DNA from: Octopus sinensis
Lineage: Eukaryota
Assembly: GCF_006345805.1 (NCBI RefSeq)
Contig: NC_043017.1
Location: 27,776,001 to 27,840,000, forward strand
DNA length: 64,000 bases
Reading direction: 5' to 3'
Shown: positions 27,700-41,449 of the stretch, piece by piece
Position numbering within the stretch: the first letter of the stretch is position 1
Layout of the letters: every line of letters starts with the position of its first letter
Position numbers and translations under genes: made by a program
Notes under the pieces: model-generated
What the model was told of the DNA's origin: nothing
The model's database searches: none
The model's input: the letters and a program-made list of their open reading frames with translations, nothing else

Positions 27700-29094
27700 A
27701 TATATATATTATATATTATATATATATATATACATGTGGTGTATATGTGAGTGTGTGTATATATATATATATATATATATTATACATGTGTGTATGTAGT
27801 GTGTGTATATATAATATATATATATTATATATATAATATATTATATAGGTATAGACATATCTATGCGTCTGTGAATAACATATATGCATGTATGTGTGTA
27901 TGTATGTATGTATGCATATATGTATATACGGAAAGAGAGATGGGGAGAGAGAGTGTGAGAGAAAGGCTATAGAAACTGACTCGACCAAAATATAACTTTA
28001 ATTACTCCCCTACTTTGGCATCAAGTACACTTTCTCATCACAGTAAACACTGGAGCGATACGTGTGTGTGGTATATATATATATATATAATATATAATAT
28101 ATATATTATATTACGGGTGCGGTGTAAGCGCTTGTGAGTTCGTTCGTTCGTATGTGTGTTCACGTGTTAACATATTTGTCGTGCGTGTGTGTTTGCGTAT
28201 TTGTGTAATGCGTGCAGAAGGAAAATGTTTAATAGTAAATGGTTACCTTGGGAACACGTTTGATCAGAGCTGATCTGAAGCCAAACAACACCCAATAACA
28301 AGCTTTTCATTTTATCCGGTTATCGTTCATCACATGACAAAACTGCATGTATTTTGGTACGGAACACAGGCTTCTGCTCTTTGAAGTTTCACCTTTGTTG
28401 AAAATTATATTTTGGCGGATTCTCTCTTCACGATACTCTCTTCCAGTACTTATTGTAATGATTTCTCTGTTATTCCAGAACATTACTTTAATTCTAGCAC
28501 TTTGTCGGTGAATAGTAGACTATTCAACGACCTTTGTTATGTGTTTCGGTGTCGCTCTAAGCGTACATATGTACTAAGTTATCGATACACTATTTACGCC
28601 GTTCGCTTTATATGAACGTTATCTAATATTTCTCTATGTTTAATAAATCATTTCTGTATGATATTAGTTCTACTTTAATATCTCATAAACTTATATGATT
28701 GCATTCATATATCATTCAGCAGAAATCTAGTGTGTGTGTTTTTTTACGTTTTTTCTTTTTCTGTTTGTTTAGGGTATCTATCTCGCAATAGTTTGTTTTT
28801 GTTTTTTATTCTAGTAGAGGAAACACGCCTTGCTCAATATTTATGCTTGCTTTAATTTATTTATTTTATCTATTGTTTTTTTTTCTCATAAGTTTAATGA
28901 TACAGGTACCAATCAAATAACGATGTGACATAATCGATATTTTCATATATCAAGCCGACTGATTGTCTTTATTTATTATTTTTTTGATATGTCATATTTC
29001 TTATCATCATCCTCTTCCTTGTCATCTTCATCATCATCAGCAGCAGCATGATCATTGTCATCATAATCGCCACAATCATCATCATCATCATCTG

Positions 29095-29325
29095 GTTCTT
29101 TATTACCCACAAGGGGCTAAACATAGAGGGGACAAACAAGGACAGACAAAGGGATTAAGTCGATTACAACGACCCCAGTGCGTAACTGGTACTTAACTTA
29201 TCGACCCCGAAAGGATGAAAGGCAAAGTCGACCTCGACGGAATTTGAACTCAGAACGTAACGACAGACGAAATGCGGCTACGCATTTCGCCCGGGGGGCT
29301 AACGATTCTGCCAGCTCGCCGCCTT
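29095..29325 (-). mobile_element. SINE family B, full length
   Basis: Reverse complement of the B consensus, inserted in a (CAT)n tract. Confidence 0.93.
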
Positions 29326-29889
29326 AAATCATGATCTGCGCCGTCATCTGCGTTCTCAACATCACCATCCCCAACACAACCATTATCATCTTTCTCTTCC
29401 TTGTCATAGTTCAACAACAACAATAACAATAACCACAAAAATGTCATGGAAATTACCATACATCACCGATATTATCACCGTCGTCATCGTCCCCGCCTCT
29501 TCCCCTTTCCGTGGGTAGTCCTCGTGTCGTTGACTTTGTTGTTGGTAATGTCACCATAGTATCATTCAGCTTGTTTCACTTTCATGTTATCTATTTTTAC
29601 CCTAGAAGCTATATAACAAAAGAACCACATATAAAACTATAAAACACGAGGAAAAGTCGGGCCTTATATACGTATATATATATATATTAGAAATATGTTA
29701 CGAAAAGAAAATATAAAATTCACGTGGAAATGTAAGGGTAAAATATGAAAAATCAACGAAAATGCATATTGCAAATAGAAAAAGGCTATTTATGACAGGT
29801 AACGACAAATATATGCATTTAGATTGACTGCGGCAGTAATACGAGTCATAAAAGTCATTATTATGAGATGATAATAAATTAAGAGAACA

Positions 29890-29953
<64 letters not shown>

Positions 29954-29954
29954 G

Positions 29955-30221
29955 TTCTGTTGTGTCTGGGGAGAGTCATTTTCATTTTGTGCCTTCTAAT
30001 TTAAAACACTCACCCGCAAATTTTCCATTTATTTCCTATTTTTATTTTCCCTAAAATTTTCGTTGCATCTTGCAACCCTTGCAATAGTCAATGCCTATTG
30101 AAATGGCTGCGAGACACAACGAACATTTTAGGAAATAAGAAATAAGTGGAAATTTTGCCGGTGAGTGTGTTAAATTATAAAGCACAAAAAAGGAAAATGA
30201 CTCTCCTCAGACACTACAGAA
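29955..30221. mobile_element. Foldback/MITE-like palindrome (~267 bp)
   Basis: Left arm ttctgttgtgtctggggagagtcattttc...aaaattttcgttg mirrors right arm caacgaacatttta...gaaaatgactctcctcagacactacagaa over ~110 bp; the centre is also self-complementary (caatag/ctattg). Confidence 0.85.
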
Positions 30222-31102
30222 TATGCTTCAACATACGAACTCACATAAAGAATCTTGCAAACCAAATCCAAAAACGAGATATATATATATAAAGAGATAT
30301 GACAGTACTTGCAGCAATGGGTTTGTTCAGTATCATATAATCCTAATATTCTGGAAGCACACGTTGGATAATAGCCTTAAATAGAGAATTGATTATGAAA
30401 ACAGTTAAAAGTTTTGTCATGACAGCACCTGATGCCCGATCAGTGCTATGCACATTTACACACAAAAGCTAATACTAAACATTATCAGTATAAAATTAAA
30501 ATTTTAGGATATTAATTTCGATGTTGCAGAACATCTCTACGTCCAAAATCACTTCCACATTAACATTCTCCGTCCTCTTTCCATTTTTCCTCTCATTCCT
30601 TTCTCTCGAAGAATATAAAGACCAAACTTCAGAAGAATTCTCCATTCGTCCCGGGTATCTAAGTAATACACATGCTTACTGTCTTTTCATCTATATTCCT
30701 CTTTTATTTTCTGTAAATTTGAATTGTATATATAATAACATTCTCAGAATTTGAAGGGACTTCATATCTTGTTGTGCTCACTTGAACATTTGTAATTGAC
30801 AATACATTTCCAGACTTTAAGCAAAACGCTTTAAAAATTTGCTCATTGGATAATTTTAATTTCTTGTTACCCACGTATACCACTGACGGATTATTCAAGC
30901 AGTTAATATTTTACAAGAAAATGAGGCTTATCTTATAAGATTATGTTACTATAGATGAATCGGAGCTCAATTTAATATTATGCTGTTAATATCTTAGACA
31001 ATTTTCTCGTAATTATTGTCATGTACGTAAATATCAATATTCTTTGAAACATCAGGAGAGCAGGAAGATGAAGTTTTGCTTATTTGCATATACATAATAC
31101 AT

Positions 31103-31165
<63 letters not shown>

Positions 31166-32578
31166 TATGTGTGTGTATCTATATGTACATATGGGTATAT
31201 ATATATATATATATATATATATTACATATATTATAGTACATATATACGTTATATATATGTACATATATACAATATATATATATAACACGTATATATATAT
31301 ATATTATATATATATGTATATATATATGTATGTATATAAAATAAATGTGTACACAGTTACGTAAGTAGCGAAGCTGTGTGCGCGTGTGCATGTGCGTGGG
31401 TGATGTGTGCGTGTGTAAATGTGTAAGTGCTTTCATGAGTGTCTGTATGGGCATTTGAATGCGTTTGTGTATTGGGAAATGTTATTGTAGATCCATTATT
31501 TCGCGTGTCCCCTCTACGTGTGAATGTTTCGTGAATAACACTGAAAAGGTAAAAACCGCTAAGCGACTTTTCCTGTAGATAAGAACACGGCATTGCAATC
31601 CAATCTGGCACAGCGCGTCACAACTCGTTGCTGCTTGATTATAACATTTTTTTCCCTTTTTTCTTCTTGTTTTTGCTCTTCTCAAAAACCTTTTTCAGCT
31701 TTTCCCTCTCAGTTTACGGTATTGGACATCGATTTTACACTTGCTCATTTTGTGGTGGCTGAATATATAGATTATGGTTATAAACAAGGTTGTTCTTTCC
31801 TCTTTAGAAATAAGACGATAAATCCACGTACACATAAATAAAACGAAACACAAAAATACTCGTTCATTTGCGAAGAAATAGAATCATAGTGACATCATAT
31901 TTCCTTTTTCTTTATATCTTTTAGTAGTTTTCGAAATAAATAATTTGGCTTTTCATATTGTTCTAGTTTCATTCTTCTACTTTTCTTATGACAATAAGAA
32001 TTGCGAAGAATCCACATACAAGTTCCTTGCATTATATTCTACCGATAAATGCAAGCCCTTTCTTCCTGTATTTCCGGGACGTTCAGAACATGTTTTTGTG
32101 TCTATATTATCTTCATTCCCAGCACGAGCTGCTCTTCATATCATAGCGTTCAATTCTTCGGTGCCCTTTTAAAATTCTTGTATCGGAATCATACACATTC
32201 TTTTTTGGGTTTGTTTTTACAAAGGTTACTTGCTCTCCATTCTCTCCCCGCATCATATCCTCTTTTAGTGCTTTTGATTATGTTACAAGGAAAATGTATC
32301 AATACATTATTGGTTTTCGTTCGATAACCATTCATTTACTTCATGTTGCAAACCGTGGTATAACAGGGTAACATTCTTTTTTATGATGAATTTCTCTTCG
32401 CTTTTCTTTCATGCTTTTATCCAATATTCTTTTACCTATTTGAATTTGAATCTGCTCTGTTTAGATTATTCCATGCCCTGGTCGCTATTCTTCTTTTCGA
32501 AAGCACAAAACCATTTTCTGTATTCATTTATTTACTTAATATTCATTTCAATTATACATACATATAAAGATATATATA

Positions 32579-32611
<33 letters not shown>

Positions 32612-32686
32612 GTTTGTGTGTGTGTGTGTGTGTGTTTGTGTATGTGTGTGTATGTGTGTATGTGTATATGTGATATTAGATATGTA

Positions 32687-32728
<42 letters not shown>

Positions 32729-33187
32729 TTGTATATATATATATATATATGTGTTTGTATATATATATATATGTATGTGTTTGTATATATATATATGTAT
32801 GTGTTTGTATATATATATATATGTATGTGTTTATATATATATATATTATATGTATGTGTATATATGTATATATATGTATGTATATATGTATGTGTATATA
32901 TGTATATATATGTATGTATATATGTATGTGTATATATGTATATATATGTATGTATATATATATATATGTATGTACATATATATATATATATATATACATA
33001 CAGCTTTTAATAAAATGTTGTAGTATGAAACAATTGTACTAAATTACCGGATTCATTCGTGTTGCTTCTCTTTGATTATAATCACCCCGCATATTTTTAG
33101 GGGTAACACCATAAAAAATTCTGGTGCATCTAAATTAAGTGCCATATTCATTTAAATCTAAATTGTTGCTGAACTATATAATCTATA

Positions 33188-33225
<38 letters not shown>

Positions 33226-33491
33226 TATATATAATATATATATATATTATATATAATCATGTACCTTAATTCTGAATACAGTATTCCCTTTCTGAGAGCG
33301 ATTATAAGACAATGAACAAGTAAGGTGTAGGGAGCATAATTCATGGCTCTACTTTATGTAAAACAAGATAAATAACGTGCACACCTTCATGATATAAGTG
33401 GCTTCAAGTTCGATTTTTTTTCCTCTTACCAGCATTATGCACGAGCACATGAATTCCGTATTAAAAGAATGGCAGGTCAATTCACATCTGT

Positions 33492-33722
33492 AAGACATAG
33501 AGCTGGCAGAAACGTTAGCACGCCGGGCGAATTGCTTAGCGGTGTTTCGTCTGCCGTTGCGTTCTGAGTTCAAATTTCGCCGAGGTCGACTTTGCCTTTC
33601 ATCCTTTCGGGTCGATAAATTAAGTACCAGTTACGCACTCGTGTTGATGTAATCGACTCAATCCGTTTGTCTGTCTTTGTTTGTCCTCTCTGTGTTTAGC
33701 CCCTTGTGTGTAGTAAAGAAAT
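33492..33722 (+). mobile_element. SINE family B with 18-bp target-site duplication
   Basis: aggtcaattcacatctgt at 33474-33491 and 33723-33740 flanks a near-complete B copy. Confidence 0.95.
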
Positions 33723-33817
33723 AGGTCAATTCACATCTGTTTCTGACTAAATATACTATCTTATATTGCTTAGCTCTTAAACACTCGCGTATTTAGAACA
33801 CGTAATAATATTATCTG

Positions 33818-33957
33818 CAGTTAGCCGATGTCGACTTTGCATTTCATCGTTTCGGGGTCGATAAATTAAGTACCAGTTGCTTACTCGGGTTGACCTATTC
33901 GACTGTCCCCCCCTCTCGCCAAAATTTTCAGCTCTTGTGCCTAGAGTAGAAAAGAAC
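33818..33957 (+). mobile_element. 5'-truncated SINE-B' with 11-bp target-site duplication
   Basis: aatattatctg at 33807-33817 and 33958-33968; body gtcgactttgcatttcatcgtttcggggtcgataaattaagtacc. Confidence 0.85.
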
Positions 33958-33978
33958 AATATTATCTGTAGGAACATA

Positions 33979-34192
33979 AGGCGGTGCCCAAGCAAAGCAG
34001 TTAATTCGCCAGACAAAACGGTTAGTAGCATTTTGTCGCTCTTTATGTTCCGAGTTCGAATTCTGCCGCGGTCGGCTTTGCCTTTCATCTATTCGGAATT
34101 GATAACATGGGTATCAGAGCCGATTTAATCGATCAACTTGTACTAATTCTCGAAATTACTGGCTTTGGTCCAACATTTGCAACCAGTATTAT
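33979..34192 (+). mobile_element. Decayed SINE-B' copy
   Basis: aaggcgg head, ccgagttcgaattctgccgcggtcggctttgcctttcatc, tail gaaattactggctttggtccaacatttgcaacc. Confidence 0.7.
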
Positions 34193-36167
34193 CGGAAAGA
34201 AATTAGTTACCTTTTATTAACGTAACCAAAATGATGGCCGGATATTGGTTTCCATTGCACATTAAACATTGAGCTTTCTATATTTCTATATTTACTTGAC
34301 AAACCACCTACATCTGCATAAAGTATACTGGACCCTTTTGAAACCAGCATATCCATGGCCGCCCTTGTTTATATTATACGACTTAATTTAAATTAAAATC
34401 TCTCGATGAGATTTCGTATTTTTTTAATATTCCAGACATCAAATTAAATCATTAACTTAATAGTGACAGAGAAACTCTACTAAATAAGATGTTTGGAAAT
34501 AAAACGTACAAAAGTGAAAAATAACTATTAACTGTTGATAGTTGGAGTTGGCGCTATATATTTTAGCGCAAATGTCGCTTTGAAAGCGAATCTTTTAGGA
34601 CTTGTAACATTGCAAGTGTCACCTTTTTTCATAGATTCTCACATTGTATTTAGATCTTCTCTATCCAGCAATCCATGTGTTCTTTATGATCTGAATGAGT
34701 CGGCTTTATATATGAAAATATCGATTATGTCACATCGTTATTTGATTGGTACCTGTACCATTATTAAACTTATGAGAAAAAAAACAATAAATAAAATAAA
34801 TAAATTAAAGCAAGCATGAATATTGAGTAAAGCGTAATTACTATACTAGAATAATAAAAAAATATTGTGAGATAGATACCCTACAAACAAAAAAAAAACC
34901 CAAAAGTTAAAATGGTTGCTATTTCTATCTGGCCTAGCGAATACGTTGTTAGCCTTTTTCTGGTTCATATAATTATTCGTGAACACCTATGACGAGGAAG
35001 AGTATGCTACAACAGATTCGTCCTTTCTAACATCGAAAGCGACGGCTGGCATTTATAGAATATGTCATTTCACTCGTGTATTTGTTTAACAATGTTCGTG
35101 ATCCTAGAATATAATTTTGGAGAATATATTTCTCACGCTATATACCCAAGGAGCTAATGAAAATGTGTGAGGTATAAAAGTGAAATGCTTTCCAATATTC
35201 CAACAGATTTCATCTCTCTTTCAATATATAACTGTTCATAGAATATTCGCTCTCTCACACGATACTCACTGCTGTCAAGATCACTTAAATATACTTGTGA
35301 TAGTATTAGCTAAATATAGGTCGCCGAATGAAAATTAATGTTATTTTCTATTTCGACCTCTTCCGTTTTCATAAGAAGAAAGTTCACAAGCTAAGTGACG
35401 CTATGCAGCTAACATTGACCAATCCGATTTCGTTGTTGGTGCCTATTTGCGGCAATGTCAGCTGCAGTGTTAAATCTAATATTTTATCTCACAAGACCAT
35501 CATTAACTTGGCAAACATATGCCTTTCCTGAATATTCTTCACTACTATGAGATTTTAGAGTTTCAGATTTTTGCGATTAAGAAGAATTTCCGTTAGTGCA
35601 TTTCGTCTTTTTAAAGAACATCCTGTGAAATTTTATATTTTCATAAGTAAATATTATTTGACTGAGAACGTCAACATAATCACGTTATTGCTTTGACACA
35701 TAAGTGCTTCGATTTATGACAACATATAGGTGATGTAACCTTTGAATTCCCAATTTTGGAGCTATGGAGACTCTTTCTAAATAATGCAACTTTTAAGTTA
35801 CTGGAGCGACTCTGATTTTCTTCGTTTGGATATGGACGCATTGTGAAGGAAAATCAGTATATTTTTCACCAAACATTTAGGGTCTTGCATATGCTTTAGA
35901 AATTGAGTGTTATCGCATTCAAATTAAGGTATTTTTGAGTATGTCAGCTATAAGAATAGACAAGCAATGTGAAACCATTGAAGGAACGTTTAACAATGCA
36001 TGCAAAAGTGGCACGCCGTTACATCGCATGATTACACATTTAACTCTAATACATATTAACCGCACACGCAGAATGAAATTCGAAAGATTACATTCATTCG
36101 TTGTTAAGTATGTGTTGGTACATGTGTGTATGTCAGTTAGTGTTAGCATATATATATATATATATAA

Positions 36168-36426
36168 ATAATAAATCTCTGAGCCAGGTACTGCACGACA
36201 TAGTGAAGTATATTTTCCACTTAAATCTGGCTAACTCCTAAGGGTGGATGCTACTGTAGCTTGTAGCCCCAGGAGGACACCTGCTTTAGCTGGCTATTGA
36301 CACACATTCTGTGCCCTATCAGAATTTGCAAGGGGAGGTCATCCTTCCCATCTTCAACCTATCTCATAGAGCACAGAAAGTGTCAATAGCCAGCTGGATG
36401 AAGTGTCCGCCTGGGTCTATAAGCTA
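36168..36426. mobile_element. Second locus of the 60.7-kb hammerhead-bearing repeat family: minus-strand copy plus inverted plus-strand piece
   Basis: tttgcaaggggaggtcatccttccc is the reverse complement of gggaggatgacctccctttgcaaa (60825-60848); homology continues through ctcctggggct..aagc..cagta and to aataaatctc; arms 36257-36319 and 36366-36426 form a hairpin with a perfect 16-bp core. Confidence 0.8.
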
Positions 36427-36433
36427 TAATAGC

Positions 36434-36464
<31 letters not shown>

Positions 36465-36509
36465 TGTAGTACTGTGTTTGTCATTGTGTATGTACTTGTA
36501 TCCGATCAC

Positions 36510-36690
36510 AGCTTGCCAGCCAATGTTCGTTTGTGCATGTCCCTGTTACTTAGCGATACAGCAAAAGACTTAAAAGAATAAAATCACAGCCTTTAAAAAG
36601 AAAAGGGTCCTGGAGCAGACTCCTGCGACTAAAAGACCTTTCAAGGAGGGTGCCACATTATGGCTGTAGTCCAATGACTGAAACAGTTAA
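36510..36690 (+). mobile_element. Decayed 3' half of SINE family A
   Basis: gtccctgttacttagcg...cgactaaaag...tatggctgtagtccaatgactgaaac. Confidence 0.7.
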
Positions 36691-36911
36691 ATATAAAAAT
36701 TATATAAAACTTTCTGCAGAACTAATTCGATGTAAATTCAGCCAGAAGTTGTAAATCGGCAACTTAGAGCATCTGTGGCTTACATGTATAGATTTGGTGA
36801 TTTCATAGTTGAATAATGTAAAATAAAATATTAAATTTCAACAAAATAATACAGAAAGAATTCAGATTTGGTACACTAGATTTAGAACATGACGCAAATA
36901 ATGATCATTTG

Positions 36912-37163
36912 TGAGTTCAAATTCCGCCGAGGTCGACTTTGCCTTTCATCCTTTCTGGGTCGATAAATTAAGTACCAGTTACGCCCTGGGGTCGAGTTAT
37001 CGACTTAATCCCTTTGTTTGTCCTTGTTTGTCCCCTCTATGTTTAGCCCTTTGTGGGTAGTAAAGAAATAGATATTTCGTCTGCCGTTACGTTCTGAGTT
37101 TAAATTCCGCCGAGGTCGACTTTGCCTTTCATCCTTTCGGGGTCGATAAACAAAGTACCAGTT
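36912..37163 (+). mobile_element. SINE family B dimer (5'-truncated unit plus 3'-truncated unit)
   Basis: Junction taaagaaata|gatatttcgtctgcc at 37070/37071. Confidence 0.9.
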
Positions 37164-37982
37164 TCATTTTGTCGCAATCATATTGTCATGCGTAAGCATG
37201 ACAAAAAGATTACGACAAAATGAAATTTTTAAGATATAGCTTGAAGTATATGTGATTTTCGTTAGAAACAACGCGATGCTATATCAAAAGAAAAGTTGTG
37301 ATAATTCGAAGCGAAGATTTTCGAAGTACTAAAGATAAGTACTGGAACAAGTAGAGCAAAATTAGAATTAACTATTGAAAATATCAAAGAAAGAACTAAA
37401 ACAGAGACAAAAGTGTTAACACTGACGTAAAATGAAATACTTCAACAATGATGATACACAGCAAAGCCGTCAATAGCGTGTATAAAAATGAAAAAAAAAA
37501 TTATCTCAGTGATAGAGTAAAACAAACGTTGCAAATATATTTATTAGTGTCTGTACATGTTTTAAAGATTTTTATAGCAAATTTTTGAAAGGAAACACAA
37601 AGCAAATATTATGACACTCGACGAATCACAGCATCTCATGTGCATTCATACAAATAGATATAAATAATCCAAAAAAGAAGTCGTAAAGGAGAGGGGAAAA
37701 ATCAAGAAACAAAAACAAGACTGATTTATGTTCATGAAAAACACTTCACTTTCTTCGCTTTTACAACTTTGCATTCTCTGATCTAGTTTTTAATACAAAT
37801 TTGATTTATTTAAGTTTTTCAATATGAAAGACCCTACAATCATTGTATTTACTTCGTACGAAGTTTTGATACTTGCTTTCTATAATGACACTTTAGTCAC
37901 ACGAAGCTGGAGAAGCTTAGTATTTCAAAGGAAATAAAATATGCTGCTGGTCGCTCTGAAGGACGTAATATATGTGTGTGTT

Positions 37983-38016
<34 letters not shown>

Positions 38017-38365
38017 CGTGAGTATTTTATTTATATCCCATCGAAAGTTCTACTGAAGAAGGAATATATCTTTTTATAAGATTAAGTCCGAAATTGATTC
38101 AATATAGAGATAACGAAATTTAAATTTTCTAAAGGTTAGTTGCCCGTTTTCAGTTTCAATTTTCCTGTAACAAGCGGATTATAAGTGGATAAAACAGTGT
38201 ATTTGGCTTTAGAATAACCCTCTTTAGCCCTTAATTATATGATGTATATTGCAACCGTAACGGTTTTTTTAAATATACTGCCCACGCTTCCTGATGAATT
38301 CCTTTGCTGTAGAGTAAGGGACTTCATCCTATATTGCTTATATATATATATATATATATATATAT

Positions 38366-38690
38366 GAGCACCGTCTTTAGTCGAGCAAATCAACCCCAGG
38401 ACTTATTCTGTGTAAGCTTAGTACTTATTCTATCGGTGTCACTTGCCGAACTGCTAAGTTACGGGGACGTAAACACAAGCGATGTTGAGGGGACACACAC
38501 AGACATATATATATATGTACATAAATACGACGGGCGTCTTTCAGTTTCCATCTACCAAATCCACTCAGAAGGCTTTGGTCGGCCCGAGGTTGTAGCATAA
38601 GACACTCGTCCAAAGTGCCACGCAGTGGGATTGAACCCGGAACCATGTGGTTGGTAAGCAAGCTACTGACCACACAGCCACTCCTACGCC

Positions 38691-38691
<1 letters not shown>
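38366..38691 (-). mobile_element. SINE family A, extreme 3' end replaced by (TA)n
   Basis: Collinear reverse complement from head to gagcacc. Confidence 0.9.
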
Positions 38692-38726
<35 letters not shown>

Positions 38727-39844
38727 TGGTGTCACGTGCTAGGATTTAAAACCACGATAGCGAACGCAAGGAAATTATATAAATCTATAGATTGAAAATG
38801 CGTGGTGGCATCTACTATCATAGTACTCTTGTGTTTTTCTCCATCACGACATATGAATGAGAAAGGAATGAAAGATAGATGAAGGAAGAAAGAAAGGAGG
38901 GAAAGAAGGAAGAAAGGAAGGAAGATGTGATGGCAGACCGGTTGTGGGATTATTGAAATTCTGCGATGAAAAAAAGGAATCAAACGTCGTGTATGTAAAA
39001 GGGAGTTATGTGAATGTATGTGTGTGTGTTTGTGTGTGCAATGGAAGTGGATGGTGAACATTCAACGCTGAAAATAAAAATCAAACAGCTTTTCAACTCT
39101 GTGTGAGTATATGTGTGTGTATGTATGCGTGTACAAGGGAGGTGTGTGAACTTTTGTATGTGTGAACCAGCATTATTTCAGTAACAAACGATGATCGATG
39201 TCACATCTCAAAAGACAATAATTTGATTTACCATCGATATTGCATCTGTTTTGCTAAAAATAATATTTACAATCACACACACCCCCCGCAAACATATACA
39301 AACTCATTAGAGAAAATAATTGTTGCCTGAGTGTATCAAAAATATAAAACGACTACAGTTGAAAGGTATATTATAAAATTGCTAATAAAAGAATTATTAA
39401 ACTAAAGCCTTGGTTTTGTACCTTATTGATATATAAAATACTACAATTAGCCGTTATTTTTGACGGTACGGGGCCAGCTAATATGTATCAAAGAATTGAA
39501 GTGTGTCGTCACGAAATTTACTTCTCAACTCTGTTTTTTTCATTTTTTTCGTGTTCATCCGCACACTGTTGTATCTTAGGCGCAAATGTTTTTTTATACT
39601 TGAATAGCCCAGGACTGACTAAATTACTGTCAGATTTCGATGTCGGAAGCCTAATGAACAACTCTTTATGCATCAAAATATATGTGCATATGTGTGTGCG
39701 CTACCTGGTCTGTGTGTATGCCACTTCGTCAAGACTTAGTCTGATAGATGTAAACGTGTTGCACTGTAATACAAGCGGTATCGTTTGTTATATATTTACT
39801 TGAAAACATTTCCGAGCATGAAAAATTTTGACCTTTCTTAGATG

Positions 39845-39995
39845 GTCGGTGACAATGAGGGTATGCGGTCGTAGAAAAATTGGCTCAACGACTTCCATGT
39901 GACCAGTGCAAGCATGAGAAGGTGGATTATAAAAATCGATGTTAATGATGACTGCGGTGACAACGACGAATGTTGCTAATGATGATGATGATGAT
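39845..39995 (+). mobile_element. Possible decayed LINE/SINE 3' end with (GAT)n tail
   Basis: gggtatgcggtcgtagaaa...gaccagtgcaagcatg...gatgatgatg resembles from memory retroposon tails ending in (GAT)n; single copy here. Confidence 0.35.
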
Positions 39996-40216
39996 TATTG
40001 CTCTACAAGAATGATTATAGCTGCTTCCATAGACTCTAAAACGTGTCTATTTATGGTAAAGTTACAGGAGTGATAAACAACATGGGGAAATTCGAATTGA
40101 GAGCCGTAGTGACACCAAGTGGAAAATTAGTAGCAATTCATACGTAGATATATCTTTTCTGCAATGCTAACGAATGCATGCATGTGTACACACGCATGCG
40201 CACATGCACACACTCA

Positions 40217-40261
<45 letters not shown>

Positions 40262-41449
40262 GCACACACGCATTCATATCTATAAACATGCGCATATAAA
40301 CACACATCCACGCACACACGTGCACATACTCATATACATGCACACGGACACAATCATACATACTCACAAGTCCACAAATACTTACATATATGCATGTATA
40401 CACATGCACAGACACACACACACACACGAACAAACACATACACACAATCACACTAGAATATATACACACATGTACGTGTTCGTGAGTGTTTCATAATTAG
40501 AGACCAGAATACATGTGACTACTTCTTGTTATCATCGTACTGAGACGACAGAGGATCTCAACGTCGGTCTTAAATAAAAGCGAACAATATAATGGAAAGA
40601 AAAATGCCGAAAATAATTCATCTGACACGCTAATACATTTCAATGGTCAAACGATAGAATTTAGTGTAACGAAGCAAAAATAAAACCCAGTAATATGAAT
40701 AAGTATAAGAATAGGAACCGGATTAATAAAATGCAGAAATTTGAAAGGACGAAAATACAAATGGGTCGGAAAACTGTCAGGATGCTTATTAAAAGGAAAC
40801 ACCCATTTAGTATAAGATTGCAGGGAAGATTGATAATTATGTTCCACCTAATATATATAGTAAGGTCAATCTGTTGATGAATGCACTTTAGGATATTATT
40901 GTGAAACGAGAAAATGATTTCTTATCAAAGTAAGGCCGATTGTTTTTGTTTTCGATTTCGTTGCTATATTTTGCCGCCGCTATTTTCAGGAAAGTGAATC
41001 ATTTCTGCAAATGAGTTCAGTTTCAGCAAATAATAAAAATAATAATAGTAATAATAATAATAATGATAATAATAATAATAAGAAGAAGAAGAATAGGAGG
41101 GAGAAGAAGACCAACAACAATAGCATCAACAACAAAAATCGTTCCTGATTCTCTAAGTCTTCTAAAAATAGTAAATATCTTATCACAGCAAATAAAAGTA
41201 CGAAGAAATTTTTGTCAGCATTAATGAGATATATATGTTATATAAGATTAGGACAACGAAGGCATTGTGAAATATTTAAAGGGATGCTTTCCTGAGAATA
41301 GAATCACAAAATTCACCCAATCACTAAGAATTATTAACAATGAAGTAAAAGTGGGTCAGTGGTTCGCTTATTGTGAGGGCCAAAGTGTTCTTTCCATAAT
41401 GGATGGAATGAATTGTTAAGAATTGTGACCAGTGTTAAGAATTGTGTAC

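Noticed and set aside
33430-33490. Minus-strand peptide CELTCHSFNTEFMCSC with EGF-like cysteine spacing
   Set aside because: Lacks the N-x-x-G-S and downstream G-Y/F residues and the final cysteine; overlaps a SINE target-site duplication; cysteine codons are common in TG-rich DNA
34331-34520. Possible decayed TTAA-type MITE starting acccttttgaaacca
   Set aside because: Only a vague resemblance from memory; no matching right end or second copy in the window
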